Assembly (NCBI GenBank): GCA_051362555.1
Contig: CM120641.1
Coordinates: forward strand, 22,444,001-22,508,000
Direction: 5' to 3'
Origin: Lingula anatina
Taxonomy: Eukaryota; Animalia; Brachiopoda
DNA length: 64,000 nt
A program made the position numbers and the translations under genes. Positions 1 to 50,178 of this stretch are shown here, one piece after another. A model generated the notes under the pieces. That model saw only the letters and a list, made by a program, of their open reading frames with translations. It had not been told where the DNA came from and ran no database searches. Each line of letters begins with the position of its first letter. The stretch's first letter is position 1.

Positions 1-503
1 TAGACTTCTATCTCATGCTTTTTCAGGTTTTGTAGGTTATGTATGTTTTGTGCGAAGCATGTTGCAAAGTTTAAGAAATCGGCCAAAGTGGTCTCAATGA
101 AATGTAAATTCCCTTTCATATTTGTTGTGTAAATATGGATAACTCACTTATTGTCTTATCACCAACCTAGTCATAGCCAGCTCATGTGGCACGGAATGCA
201 ATACAGGAAGTTTGGCTTTGACACTGGTGACTCACCAGTTGTTTGTACTTACCATATCTAATACACATGAAGCACTACTAGAGTTGTCTTCTAGGCTCCT
301 GTGAATTAAAATCATATTATAAAAATCTCATTAGAATGATATCTAATTAGATTAAACAAGAAGCACTTAATACAATCTGAATCATTTCAAAATGTATAAT
401 CATATGAGAGTTCTTATGATACAGACATTTTAATATAAATTTATTATATACTATTAATTTATTTATCATGCATCACTTCCAAAGCCTATATTTATAATTT
501 CAG

Positions 504-36230
<35,727 letters not shown>

Positions 36231-37783
36231 GCTCTGAGCTGGCTTCATACTCCTTGGCACTCTGACTGATATGAATTCAAAGGAAGACCAATTGTAAGAT
36301 GCTATCAAAAAACGGAGACTGATATTTCATAGAGTGTAATTGATGCTGAGGACGAATTCATGTTTCTTCATTAAGGGTGTCACAAGAGCCTACATTGGTT
36401 GGACTCTGCCAAATAACTATGGCAACTTATGTAAACATACACAATATGTGATATAGCAATTTGAATGAATAAGAAGAAAAAAAACAAGGAAAATTGTGAA
36501 GAAATTATTTTTCATACTGTGCAAGATGTGAATATTGTGCATGCTTGTGAGACTTTATATGATATTAAAGAACATTATAGTTATCTGAAGGTCACCCAGC
36601 GTGAGGGACAGAAAGGGGAGTGAGATAAATTAGATAATACTGCTGCTGCTGTAAGGTCAGAAATATTTAAAAAAGAAAAAGAAAAATGGCCAATAATATA
36701 GTTCTACATTCTGAAGTGAAGTACATTACACAAGAGGTTGCTTTGGGTTGAGGGAGCTTAGTAGAATGCAGGACCTTGAGTATTTTTTTTTTTTTTTTTT
36801 CATGAAAGGCTATGCTCATGTACATAAGTAGAACAGTCTGCTTAGTGTGGTGTACTAGCTGGCTCTCATAGTTTGCCAAGTGACCTTATGTATTGATCAT
36901 ATACATATATATATATACATATGTTTATACTTAAAACAATTCTCTGTAATGATAACTTGAGGCACTTTGAAAATCGGGCACTGAAAACCCCCATTATGCC
37001 AAAATGCAATTCCTGTCTTTCACACATTGCACGTTTGGCCTCACAACCTTTACCGATTATAAACTGACACTCGAACATCTCGAGGGCTAACAGATCTGTC
37101 TCTCGGTCTACAGCCAAATTCAAATTCTCCTGATGCTGTCACTGTGAAAGGGCTGCAGTAGTACCGTGTGTTGTGTGACAACAATTGTGATTGAAGACGG
37201 CTAGCAGTAGACGGACATTTAGCTGCTCATCCAAGCATTCCTTAGGAACGATACGATGGTATTTAACTGACCAAGTAAACATGCCATATATATACATACA
37301 TATAACATGCTTGTTAATGTTATTATTCTTAGGCAACTTGTTCACAAGTATCATTACCTCAGACGAGGTTCTTGAATGCTTTATAAAGTAATTGTTATTA
37401 TTAATTTCCCTTTGGTGTGGTCTTGGCATTCTTGATACGTTTTATAATACATTGACTGTAACAAGTAGTAAACTGGCGCGGTTCATTCTTTATCGGATGG
37501 GCTGCGCCTACGCCAACATGAAAAGGATGCGTTAAGTAGCGTTTTTGTTATAAGCAGATAGACTAGATCCATTTTGGCTACTGTCCTTTTTACACATAGA
37601 CTTAACCACTGACCCCCCCTCCCTTCCTGGTGTATGGTATGTATATACGTAGGAAGGCGTTGAGGGGGTCTAATAGTTAACTTTGCACTTGGTTAGTCTC
37701 ATCGCTTGGAGTATGCATTATGACGTTGCCACTGGTGGACAAGCAGATGTTTTTTGTTAAAGCTTCTGGTACTACCACGTTGT

Positions 37784-37789
37784 AATAAA
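37784..37789 (+). terminator. Candidate polyadenylation signal of the myosin gene
   Basis: AATAAA about 1.55 kb after the stop codon; further AATAAA hexamers near 37956 and 38048. Confidence 0.45.
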
Positions 37790-38308
37790 ATTTCACCAGT
37801 ACATACGGGATGAGTCTTCGAGTTTTCATTTTGCCTGAGTGAGGGATTTGTTCTTGACCAGATTCAAGTATCTTCCCCCACCTTCACCCCTTAAACGGAC
37901 TAAGGTTCATAACATCCCTAACATGTTAGTTTAACATTCCAACCAAGTTGGTGTGAATAAAGATAATCGACTCACTTAATTTTGTGAAAGGTTTTTAAAA
38001 CGACTACTTGTCCCTTTCAACATTATAAGAAAGTCGCAGGTTAACAAAATAAACCCAATAGTTATAATAATATATAATAAACGAAAAAAATATCATACTT
38101 AAAAATATCCAGTTTATTTTTTCTTCGTAATCTACTTGTATACTGAATGAACAAACATCACGATACATTATCACCTAAAAGGCAAAATCTTCTCTTTTCT
38201 TAAAAATAATTCTTTGGCAATTTTTGCCCCTGATTGGAATAATAATAATAAAATACCACAATTGACGTAATTTATACAATTATGTACACTGACGTGGTGC
38301 GCCCAGTT

Positions 38309-41300
38309 CTATAAAACCATTTTGAAAGCGTTTATTTCTAAAGGTTCAACCTGGATGATTTCATTATTATCTATTGCTTCTTTGTCATACATTAATGAAA
38401 GTGAACTTGGCATGATTTTCTTAAATGGAATGTTTTTAAATAGGCGTCCGAGAGGAATCTGAAATTATAAAAGAAAAGTATATATATATTAGAAAACTTG
38501 AAAGTGTTTTGAATTTAAATCTGAGCGTGATAACCCACCCTGTCGTGCAATTAACACTATATTCGATTTATGCGAGAAAAATTTACGACTAAATTACAAT
38601 TAGACCCAATTTATATAGGTTTGTATATCTTCTGTCTGTACCATAAAGAACGTTGAACCATAAGTTACGAAAAAAGAAAGAAAAAAATGCAGTTGTTAAA
38701 CGTTGGGTACCTTTCCATTCATTGCTTTACACTGCAACCCAGTGGTCGGGAAGGAGCAGTCGATTCCCAGTCTGTGGATCAAAAGTGCGGCCGAATCCTT
38801 TGGTCTCCAGTCATTGGTGACGCCTTGCAGCGTTCGGAAGTTGAGGAGGTGTAGCTCGCACGGGAGGTCGTGTAGCAGAGGGGAATAGTGGGGACTCAAC
38901 TCGGTCTCCGGGTCCACTGTCTCGCGCCTTGGTAGCACGTGGAACGGGTTGGTATGCGCCAGACTCAGTAGATGAGAGGCCAAGGATGGGTATCCGACAG
39001 GAGAAGACTGAAAATATTAATTAAATATTAAAATATCATTTTTTAAGTTCGGCTTACTGCTCAGCCAAGGTCATGGCTTGAAAATAATAATTCTAAAAAT
39101 ACATGACACATTATACAAATGGAACAGAACAAATCAGTTAGAAGAATACAACCAAACAGATTACACAGTGTTAGGTGAAGATATGAGAATCCGTCGATGA
39201 CCAACCAACTTTTACAATGACAATGGAGCATATTAAAATGCCTTAAAATTATATATATATAAAAAAGTAATTCATTTCGAATCTCGTATGGGAATATGCT
39301 GTATGCAATTATTTCTCGTTGCACGCAATATTCTTATCAACTGAGGTCGCGGCATGTACCACAGTGGACCCATTGTCCCATCTGTCACCATTCATCATGG
39401 CTGCATATACCAAGCCTCGCTCACCTGGTCGCTGACACCTGCGGTCCTGGGTTCTATTAGAACTCTGAACCTGCTAAGCGTGGGCACGTTGTCCGTCATG
39501 CCTTGCTCCAAACCCCTGTGGTCATCCCGCAGCAGACGACGGTCCAGCATCACCTCCAACCAACCTGAAATCACGTAAATGGCGCTAAAATCTAATATAA
39601 AATCGAATACAAATTTCTTTGCAGGATGAAAACCGTGCTGTGCGCCATTGACAGCCACCCATGTACTGCGCCAGTCGCACATGCTATTTGCAAATTTCAT
39701 TATCTCGAGGTATGTAGAAGAAATGTTGACATTCATTCTCCTTCATCATTTTAACGAATCTCCCATGAAAACAGTACAAATAAACTTCATTTTCAGTTAA
39801 ATCACATACTTATACTGCACGAAAAATACTAATTTCAAGAGAAAGTACAAATCGGACAGATAATGCTGACAGTTACAAAAGATTTCTGACAAAGCAGGAC
39901 TGTTTCTAAGCGCAAGCTGCATGACACTGATTTCATGTCTATCTTACCGTGGCCCATACTGGCGGTTCCATGCGGTTGTGCTGACAGCAAGTTAAATCTT
40001 TTCTGTTCGTTTTCCATGTAAACCATGGTAGTTATTGGGTAATAATTGGCCTGAATTGGCTTGTTAATCAGCGTCTTTCGCCTGGTGAACTATCAAAATA
40101 CAAGAAAAATTACTGACTGGTTTAAAATATTTCCTATGAAAGACACCTATCCAACTATGTACGTATTTTTGCTACTGATTTTTAACCGACACATTTCTTG
40201 TTTTGAAGCTGATATGAAGCGGTTGTGTGTAGCAAACGTTTTACAATCAATTGTTGTATCAATAGTGAATTAAAACCGTTTATTGATGTGGATGTTTCAT
40301 TTTTTACCTGGAACCCGTTCAGATCGGTATAGAACACTCCACTGGAGTCAATATCTGTCCTAAACCTCATGACGAGTTCTCGATCGTCCATCGACTTTTG
40401 TGTCATGTCGACAACATTTTCTATCTCAAACGCTCCCCCGTCAGTACCTGAAAACAAAATATTTCCCTTCATTTCCGTTTTTATCAATCAGTTTTCTTAC
40501 TGTCCTGTGTTCTGCTTATTTTATTGTTCATGTAATCTTTTATCATTTTTGTTTGAAATTAAAGAAAGGACAGAAAGGCATATTTCGTTTGTTTAATTTT
40601 GATGTTTATTTGGGGAATATTAACACTGTTATTACCTGAGACTGCATTGATGCGCACCATATGCCGCACGTGCGGTAAGAACACGTGAACTTCTGACACG
40701 AGATGTCCATGTATAGCCCGGATGTATGGCTCGCCGGGTTCTATGAGCTTTATGATAAATGAAACGAAAGGAAGTTTAAGTAAGACTTTGCTGAAACAAG
40801 GAGAAAGCACATAATAATCGTGTATTTTACGTGATACATTAACTAAAGAAATAATACAACTCGTATCTCGCAAAACTTGGCAAATAATCATCCGCTACAA
40901 GTATATTTTTCTATTATGCAATGAAATTAACGATAGCCTTATATACTTCTTTTTGTCACTGTTAAACTTACTGATGCCTCTCCCATCGGCAGGAACAGAT
41001 ACGCCCCACCTGAGCTTTTGTAGTTTACGAACTCTAGTTTTACTGCCGTGCTCTCGCAGCTGGCTTTCTCTGTTACCAGCTACAACGATAGACAAAATAT
41101 GACTTTTGTGTAAAAAAAATAAAAAACAAAACACAGGTGCAAATAAGCAATTTTCGGGAGGTGAAAAACAATCGACATAAAGGAGAATGCACATCTCTAT
41201 TTATCATCAAATAGAACAAATACACATAAACTTTTGGTGTTTAAAATAAAATAAAGTATAAACTTCAAGATAACTGACACACAATGGAATTAACTTTAAA

Positions 41301-44300
41301 AAAACTGGCAACAACAATGTTGCGTAGGAACAAACGGAAAACTGTCTTCATTATAAAACCAAGCACTTAGTGCTAAGTCAAGTTGCCAATATCACCAGGG
41401 AAATTTGTTTTCATGAAATATTTTCTTATATTTATAATTCACCCCGAATGCTACTGACCCTGTAATGCTGACATCTAAATAAAACTCTCGTGCGCTCTGC
41501 AATATTGTATCTATTCTAACTTGTATCTGTCGTCGGCGCGCATGTTTTAGCTGATGATGACTTATACTTAACGAGGACGGCCGCTCATTGTGCATGTCAG
41601 ATTTTATTTTTTTCAAAAAAATCGTTGCACATACTTTTAATAATCCAGTTGCTTCAAACTTCAGTTTTACTCTACTATTTTCTATGGCGAATTCCTCAGC
41701 GCGTCTCTTTAATATTGGGAATATGAACCTGGAATTATCACAAAAATTAACATCTAACTAAAAATAAGTATATAACTCCACATGTGTGTCTTGTGTAGAT
41801 TTATTATTCTTATGTGATAGGCCTACTGCGTGCACTGCATCGTTTGAAATCATTTGTTTACATTACATTAATTTATTTTAAAGATATGACATGAGGGCCT
41901 ATAAAATGTCTAAATATTCCAAAAGATATAAAGCATTTTGGCTACTTACGACCCTTCGGGCTGAGGTAGTTGGGCACCACTGTTACTGTTGTATATAACA
42001 ATTGAAGCATAGCTATTTCTGGAGTTTTCCTTGGCTTCCACTTGCCTTATAGCATACGTACTCATACCCAATGCAGGTACACTGGCCACGAATGCCAGCT
42101 GGAATTATAATTCGTATTTCTATTTGTGTTTTATTTGTGCGATGAAAATGAAATAAATACAAAACATTAAATAACTATCATTTATGTCAATTTTTGGTAG
42201 CCATGGAGATATAGGCCATAGGCTACGGAGCAAGGGTGGGAACAAAATTTCGAACAAATTATAGATAATATTTTTTTCAGAGAAAATATCTTCTATTTGG
42301 GAACCTTATTCTGGTCGCTCTGTACACAAACTCCAAGTAACAGATTACTTAAAAGTGAACAGGGACAGCATTGCTGAAACTTTGAAGGTGAATCATCAAT
42401 AAATCTGCGAGACTTATCATCTGCAGTCTATCAGAGAAGGCGCCAGCCTACAGAGCTACCCAGTATACCTGTTGCTATTTAATTCTTGGTACCGATAACA
42501 ATGCGTCAGAGAATAAACCATATACCTGATATATAGCAGAGGAGGGTTGATCCCCGTCGTTCACCCAGTGCGGAGACACCTGGCTTGCAATGATGTTCCC
42601 GCCGGGACTTTTAACCTCCACGTGCGGCACGTCAATAAGCACGCGCACGACTTGAACCATCTGATGTGCCAGGGAGTTGTACAATACAACTTGTCTGGAG
42701 AACAAATTAGATAAACGCAAACTTATGAAATTGTTGTAATTTGTCTTTTTTTTGTTTTTCACATATTTTAGAAAACCAAAACTTACATCAAAATTAATAT
42801 ATTCGGATTTGAAAGCAAACATAAGTTGTTGCCTACCTTGGTCTGAGTCGCAGGTTTATCACGCGCTGCTCGGGAATCGAGTCGAACCTTTTCATGTATT
42901 CATGCTAAAACGACGAAAAGATAATCAATATCACAACTAAGGGGGGCGTATGCTAAGATAATAAATGTTACCCAATCACACATTTGATTAAAAGAGTAGA
43001 TTATGAAATTTTGGTGTCTTATATCTTATTATTTGGATATCCTGTGCTGTGCTTCTATATGTATATCTCAGAGGCTAAACACGCTCTTTTTGAATAAATG
43101 TATTGCCCTGCTTAAAATACGAAACTTCGGGTGATACGTTAGATTAACGGTTATCGTATAATGGCAAATCCTCTTACCGTTTCAAAAAACTTGCCCGATA
43201 TGTTGTACTTGTATAGAGTTTTGTCCTTCGTCATTAACACGTGGGCGGCCTCTTCCGTTACCGTATTAACTTCACTTAATGCTTTGCTAAGTCTAAAAAA
43301 AAAAACACGACTTGTAAGTCAAAAAAAACATCAACGATCTGAACGCATGAATTCTTCTTTGAAAAGTAAACACAGTTCTATATTTTTCATATACCATATT
43401 TAACAATTCAAATAATCATAGTTCAGCCATATGCATCTGTTTACTACAACTTATACCACATTATCTAAACATTATCCACAGTCAATCTATTTTTAAAATC
43501 TTCAAAAAAACTATCACTGTTATGATATCGATAATAAGTCATTTCAGAACAGGTTTTTTTACAGACTATTAGAAAATATATATGATAAAAATGTACTTCC
43601 TCATAGAACGAGTGGATTTTTCACTAGCACTTCATACACTTACAGTTTTCCATAATCTCTGACCACGTGGTCCTTTGATGTCCCGGTGATGGCGTCATGG
43701 TGTTGGAACAGACCCAGCGTTCGTCGAGCATTGACCAGATACCGCATCAATGTCCTGGCAGGAAACTGTTCATGGTGGTTTTGTTTGGAAGCTGTTTGAG
43801 CCATGGTGAACAAAATCTCTGATCCCCTAAAGTCAATAAAAGATGCTTTTACAAAATTTGCATCGCTTTGAAAATAACCATCTCTGTCTGACAACATTCA
43901 TATAAATATTGTGGATTTTTCAACTGATTTTGACAACTTTCCTGTTAGACCTACCTGAGCTTAGTCTGAAGTAGCCTGTTGATGTACTTATAGAATGGCC
44001 GAGAAGTGAAGTATCCAGTCCAGTAACTCTGACCAAGATCCGAGTAAGGGAAGAAGTCGCCACTAAGGACAGGGAAGCCGGGCACGGTAGAACCTGGCTG
44101 CACCTCGACTCGCTCGTACAAGGCGTTGAAATAATCCGTCAGCGTTCCAAAACGGGCCTATGAAGAAAATTAAAGTCACGAATTTCAAATTTTAATGGGA
44201 TATTCTGGTAAATGGGGAGTTTGAGAATTGTAAAGAAATACTGATTGGCTTTTGTGAGCTTATTTGTTGAGATCAGAAATATTGCTTAAGAAACTATAAC

Positions 44301-46836
44301 ACACCGTATAAAAGCTTCAAGAATACTACAACAAGTGACATGAAAATGATTATTTTAAATACTGACAAAATCAATCGTCATTGTAAAACCAAATAAAGTT
44401 CTTCTCTTGCCCATTTAACGTACTGAAAAAATACGGAATTGAAAACAGTACCTGAACATTCCAACCGGGGCGTGAATTCATGTACTGGAACAGCCTCTGG
44501 TAATTAGTGTACTGAAGATCCCACTCCTCCGCCTTCAGGTAACGAAAATCATCACCCAGGGGGACAAGCAGGACGTTACTTTTGTACAGACTGGCCTTTT
44601 TTCTGTACTGCTCCAAAAGTATTTGGGACCTTTGGATGAAAATTAAGAAATATGCTCAGCAGGGTGCGAGAGTTTATATAGCAATGAATTAAACTGATTT
44701 TGATTCATTAGTAACGATCGAAAAGGTTAGGAAATAGCAAAAAATAAAATAAATAAAATAACAATTAAATAAACTAAAAAAACACACAAAACAATGCAAT
44801 CACATGGTAGAAAGGGTCGTTGGTAAAATTATATTATAAAAAGTCCACTTCATACTAACTTCATTTCCACATTGCTATCATCAATCATCCCGGCGAATTG
44901 GCCACTGCAAGACAGAACACCTTTCTGTCGCTTAAAGTCGAATAGGCAGCATGTATGTCCATTGACCCCGCACGTGTTGATGACGTCATAATGGCCCCCA
45001 GGCATCACATGACAGAACATGTCGGTTTCACCCCTTGGATCTAAATATTTGCAAAACACAATAAATAAAAGACATAACATTAGTCATTTATCACGATATG
45101 GCCCAAAACACAGCGAAAATATTTAAATATATCCTGATATATCTATGATACTTCTTTGTATATAATCAATACTTATTTTTCTTAGATGGCCACCAACAAA
45201 TGTTCTTCTCATACAAGAAATTCTTATCTATATGGAATTTTATTTCAAAAAATAGTAAGGGTCTATTGCGCGTTTGTCTCTCACCCCAGAGTTGTCTCCA
45301 CATGAACTCCAGCGTCTTCCGCTGTTTCTGCACGGCTTTTATCTTGGCGTCCACGCGCTGCAGAAGCATGCTCTTAAAGTCCATCCTCTTAAGCAGGTAA
45401 GCCATAGTGGAGGAGTAGCCAAAGGGATCTATAGACCAGCCACTCTGTGGTTTGATACCTGGTGAGGAATAGAAATAGGAAATACTAGAAAGGCTGACCT
45501 TGTTCCATTTTTGTTTACCGTAGTAGGAAAAAATTGATAAACAATGGAATGTTGGAGAGAAACTATTTAAAGAAGTGGGGGATATTTATGTAATATTTCA
45601 TAATTAAAAAGAAGTTATGCTGTATGCTGCAAGTCAATGAAGAATCAATTATAATTTTCACAGATTCCGAAAAAACTGTTTAGTTGGAACAAAAAGTTGT
45701 ATCCCGTGGTATTTCTATTACCTAATTGGTTCTCCAGCCACTGGTGTCCCTCTATCATCTGGTCAATCATGGAGAAATAATGGGCAGACGCTTCGTCTGT
45801 CATCACCCAACCTCCTGTCACGATTTCCAGGCGGCCTTCTTTGACGTACCTGGAATACCATAGTATCCCATATGATATGTGTCAAATAACAGTCTATTCA
45901 TGCATGATTTGTCGTTGTATTACTTAACCAAGTAAAAAGAAATAGCAGTGCATTCATTCATCAAGCATGTAACATGTGAATTCACTTATTAATGATGAAT
46001 GCCCTTTTATTCTGAGGTACGACACCAATCTCAGCCGCTTTTGGCTTCTTCAGACGATAATTCACATTCTGCCAATGTTTTTGCCGTATCATGTAAGGTC
46101 ACATTCGGTATCATGGCTTACATGTTCAATCTGTTTAATTAGGAAATACCCTTTATGTTTATATGTCCAGATGTCAATACGAGTTGGATGAGTATAGTTT
46201 CTATACTACGTAAATAAACGATAATACACCCGACTCTGTGGTTCTTTACATGGACTCTTTTAACCAGAAAGCAACCCACAAAACGTCAAGAGACATCATG
46301 CAAGGTAACAATAGAGATGCCCACCCTTATACCAAATTATGCCATCTGGGCTACCAATAAGATGCATTGACAGGCAGTTGCCCTGTTTTCCTTTTGCAAA
46401 GGTTACATTGACACTGTTTGAACGGCAACTAATATTTGATTGCTCTGCCTGCACAGAACATAATAATGCCAGAATTGTCAGGGTTGCGGGTTGGCCAGAA
46501 ACAACAAACCTATTAACATACACCAGGAGAATACGTGTCAATTGAACTCGTATTGGCGTGTCCTGCATATTAATTCACGATAACTCATGGTAGGGTCAGA
46601 AAATTTCAACCATCTCCATGCGATCTGAGTGGACTTTTTATCATTATAAGGCAACGTACATGTTGTACGAAAATTGTGTCATAAAACCTTGCCAACTGAG
46701 TGTGCATGGAAAGGCGAAACTGACTCAGTTCAAAATATTTCGTGTGTGCGCCATCCCATCACCACATTGTCAAATAGTATTCGTAAATTACATACTACTA
46801 GAGTGATTGTTTTCGGTTTAAGGCAGCGTTTCTCTG

Positions 46837-46889
<53 letters not shown>

Positions 46890-48949
46890 TGCAAACTTCG
46901 TGCACAAATGTCAGAACTGGTATTAAAATGAATGAGCACACCCTCTAGTGCTATAGAGACTATTTAAAAAATGTAGGTCTTAGGATACGTCAAAGGTAAG
47001 CAAAATAAAAACGTGGCATTTATAATTTGCTCCATTAATGTTAAAACAAGAATTAATTTAGCAGTATTAACTTTAATTTTAGATAATTATGACTAATTAA
47101 AAAACTTACTGTTTGACTTTGGCTTGTTTTTCAGGACTGATTCTTTCAAACCAAGGAGCAAAGAATGAAAGCTCGGCATAGATGAATGTCATGTCCTTGT
47201 ATATATCCATTTTTTCTACCATATTGTCCAATATATGACTTGTTAAATTGACAAGGTAGTCGTCATAAGTTCTCAGCCATCCTGTAAATAAAACTTCAAT
47301 AAATCAGAAGTGTTTAAATACTAACGTGCAAATATTCTAACAATAATACAGTTGCCACTTCCCTTCAGTTTATAATCCATATTCTGAACGTGATATGACA
47401 TCAATATCAATTAAATCTTCTGATTTTACTTATTATTTTCATTTTAGTTACTTTGCAACGACATGTCTAATTATCATTTTTTTTAATCATGTGGGCAACA
47501 CTCCACGGTAAGACCTAAAGTTTGTTCCGGTGATAACTTTCGGTAGATTATTTTTATTGTTGTAATCTAAATTGCCAACACATTGGATTATACACAATCT
47601 ACAGTATCGCAAGCCCCTTCCATGCAGGTGTACCTACCAGGGTCATTGTGTGAAAATGGAACCACAAATATTTTTAGTGGGAGAGTGCTGTAATCTTTCT
47701 CAGATTTGGTAGTCACATGTTTCTGTCGTAAACCGTTTTCAAAAACGTCTTGGACCTTAAAAAAATTCATGTTTGAGCCACAAATGAGAAGTTTAGGATT
47801 ATCAATATTATTTACATTACGTGTACATTCAAATCTTTGGTCTAATGTTATTTAAAGACCCACCCCCAAAAATGATAATAAGATAAATCCCCTATTAAAA
47901 TGTTATTCCATCCAACATGAAAGAGACATGAATATTCTGGTGCGTAATAAGGTGGACGTGGATTCAAGATTCCTAGAACATATTATAATTTCCTGTGACT
48001 AAACTCCGTTTCAGCGTCGACTCACATTGAAGTCCACGGTTGGTGTCGGTCTATCGGTCAGCTTGCACATACTGGTGGGCAGCAGTACCTCCTGCAGGCT
48101 GCTAGTTCTGTCTTCCTCACTGTCCACGGTGTCATCACTGTCCATCAGTAGCCTCTCTAAGGCTTGTGCCAAGTTTGGGTCATCCCTGGCCACTTTATAC
48201 AATACGTCTTGTATACCGTCTACAGTCTAAAAAAAAGTCACTCATTAATATTACAATGTACTTATTCTTTTTTCTTAACAGAGACAAACGTCATATATAT
48301 AGTAAAATATTTCATTTCTTTTAACCATGTAGTTTTTTAAATTGTTTGTCTTTATTTCTATGACACTTTAATAACCATTATATTAGTATCGTTTGTACCT
48401 TATGATAAATATCAGACGTTTACATTTACAAGTCAGTACCCGTAGGATGAAAATATGATTGTAAAAAACAATGCATAATATTAAAAACCAACTCAATAAG
48501 TTTTATGGCGCAGTTTCATACATATTGTGAGCCTAAGGCTGTTTACCTTGTGCCTGCTTTTGACGGCCGCTTCTATGTGTTCTATTTTTTCTATCATAGC
48601 AGCAAGGTGGTGCTGCAATCATCAATTACGGTTAAATTATTGTTTACAATTTCTTTAAGAAAAACAATAATTTTAAAAATGACAATGAATAATTACCAAA
48701 CTACTTCTCTGACTTATTTAAACACGCTGGGTGGTTGATATAATGTCACATATAATAATATTAAATTGATATTTTATGTAGATATTTATAGACATATAAT
48801 GTACGTACCTGTTTTGCGCGACCCATCCCCAAGTCGACCGCATCAATATCCCTGTCTACGGACGCTTCCATCGCTATGTACAACAACAGGCAGGCAATGC
48901 CGAACGCAGAGGCCCCGATTAGGGCAGTGTGTCGACGTACTATCCTCAT
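38309..48949 (-). CDS. MAN2A1: Golgi alpha-mannosidase II-like (GH38, type II membrane protein), 23 coding exons, about 1142 aa
   Basis: Exons (high to low): 48949-48809 (ATG, TM anchor), 48612-48547, 48226-48026, 47755-47638 (FSHNDPG), 47281-47110, 45849-45722 (GGWVMTDEA), 45458-45285 (WSIDPFG nucleophile), 45040-44860, 44629-44452 (PLGDDFR acid/base), 44157-43955 ([10 protein letters not shown]), 43826-43644 (QHHDAITGT), 43292-43178, 42904-42837, 42694-42526, 42098-41950, 41728-41635, 41079-40972 (GAYLF), 40747-40636, 40447-40308 (YTDLNGFQ), 40089-39948, 39564-39425 ([12 protein letters not shown]), 39007-38711, 38458-38309 (TAG). The total is 3429 nt, in frame. It may be a divergent MAN2A paralog, so the symbol is nominal. 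Confidence 0.95.
46839..46887. repeat. (TA)n microsatellite in a mannosidase intron
   Basis: About 24 TA units seen directly. Confidence 0.9.
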
Positions 48950-50071
48950 GTCTTAAGTTTAGTAAATATTATCCAGATAAATGTCTCTATATTCCACTGA
49001 GTTGCGCCGCAATGGCTCCTTGCTGTTGATGGAGTATCTCCCTCTATAAATGGATTGTAATTTATGCATGCATGCCTCTGATTTTATGCAGTTTTATTTC
49101 ATCAAAATCTTTGTAAAAACTGGTGTCAGCAAGCTTCGAATAATAACCAGGGCTTGTGCTATTGTTTTGATGTTTACAACGGTAGCGGTCAGTTGTCAGT
49201 TGTCACGCTGTCACCTGCTCCCAGTAGCTATGTTTTGGGGCCTGTTTACAGTTTTTTACTATGTCCTCTTCGCATGACCTTCGGGTCAGGTGGAAATGAC
49301 CATCAGTGGACACAAGTGACAACTTTAATAAATGGTGGGATCTTTCAACGGCTAGCCTTTGAAATAAAGAGTTGAAACTTGAATAATAAATAAATTATTT
49401 GAATAAGGACTAGATAGTAGAATTGAAATACAAAAAGGTGCCAGTTGTGTATAAATCCTACCTTCGCATGAATTTCCCTCTGCATGTGTACGTGATTTTA
49501 GTGCAAGTTTTATACATGTAGATCTGCGATACCAGTACAGGCTTTGATGTTGTGACACCAGTTAAAGCACCAACTCCAATGATCCGGGCATCGCTCATAG
49601 ATCATCATAAGGTAAACTACTCGACGTTTGGCTGTGGTACGTGCAGGTTGTTACACAGTGGCGGTATCGTGATAAATGGTCGTCTCCAAATTTTTTTTAG
49701 AATTCAGCGCTTGTCAAAAGAAATGTCGCATTGTCTGACACTTCGCTTTTTTCTTTAATTAATTAAATTTTTTGTGCGTGTGTTAAAGAGAAACGTTGGA
49801 CGGCAGACTTGTAGACTCTCTTTGAGTTCTATTTAATTGTGCATGTCCTTTCTGCTACAAGTGTGTAATAATTCCTTCGCGAGTCGAATAGGCCTATGTC
49901 GATTAACATATTCATAAAAATGATATGCCCGCAGCAAACATATAAAGCTAAGCAAATGGTTGTCCATTAGACCCAATAACAATTTTAATAAATTTTTATC
50001 GAAATATCAATTTCGCTTTTTTTGTTTACAATTAAAAAAAATTATTCTATGCGGGTTTCATTCTATAGAAT

Positions 50072-50098
50072 ACACACACACACACACACACACACACA
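50072..50098. repeat. (CA)n microsatellite
   Basis: About 13 CA units seen directly. Confidence 0.85.
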
Positions 50099-50178
50099 AT
50101 GTTGATCTGATCTTTCCACTTCAAAACATATTTAAAATGAAATTTGTTATCTTGGATTCTGCGGAGCGTGATGAAAAA

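Noticed and set aside
46296-46568. Overlapping ORFs in the largest mannosidase intron
   Set aside because: No motif recognised; possibly a repeat remnant, but I cannot identify it.
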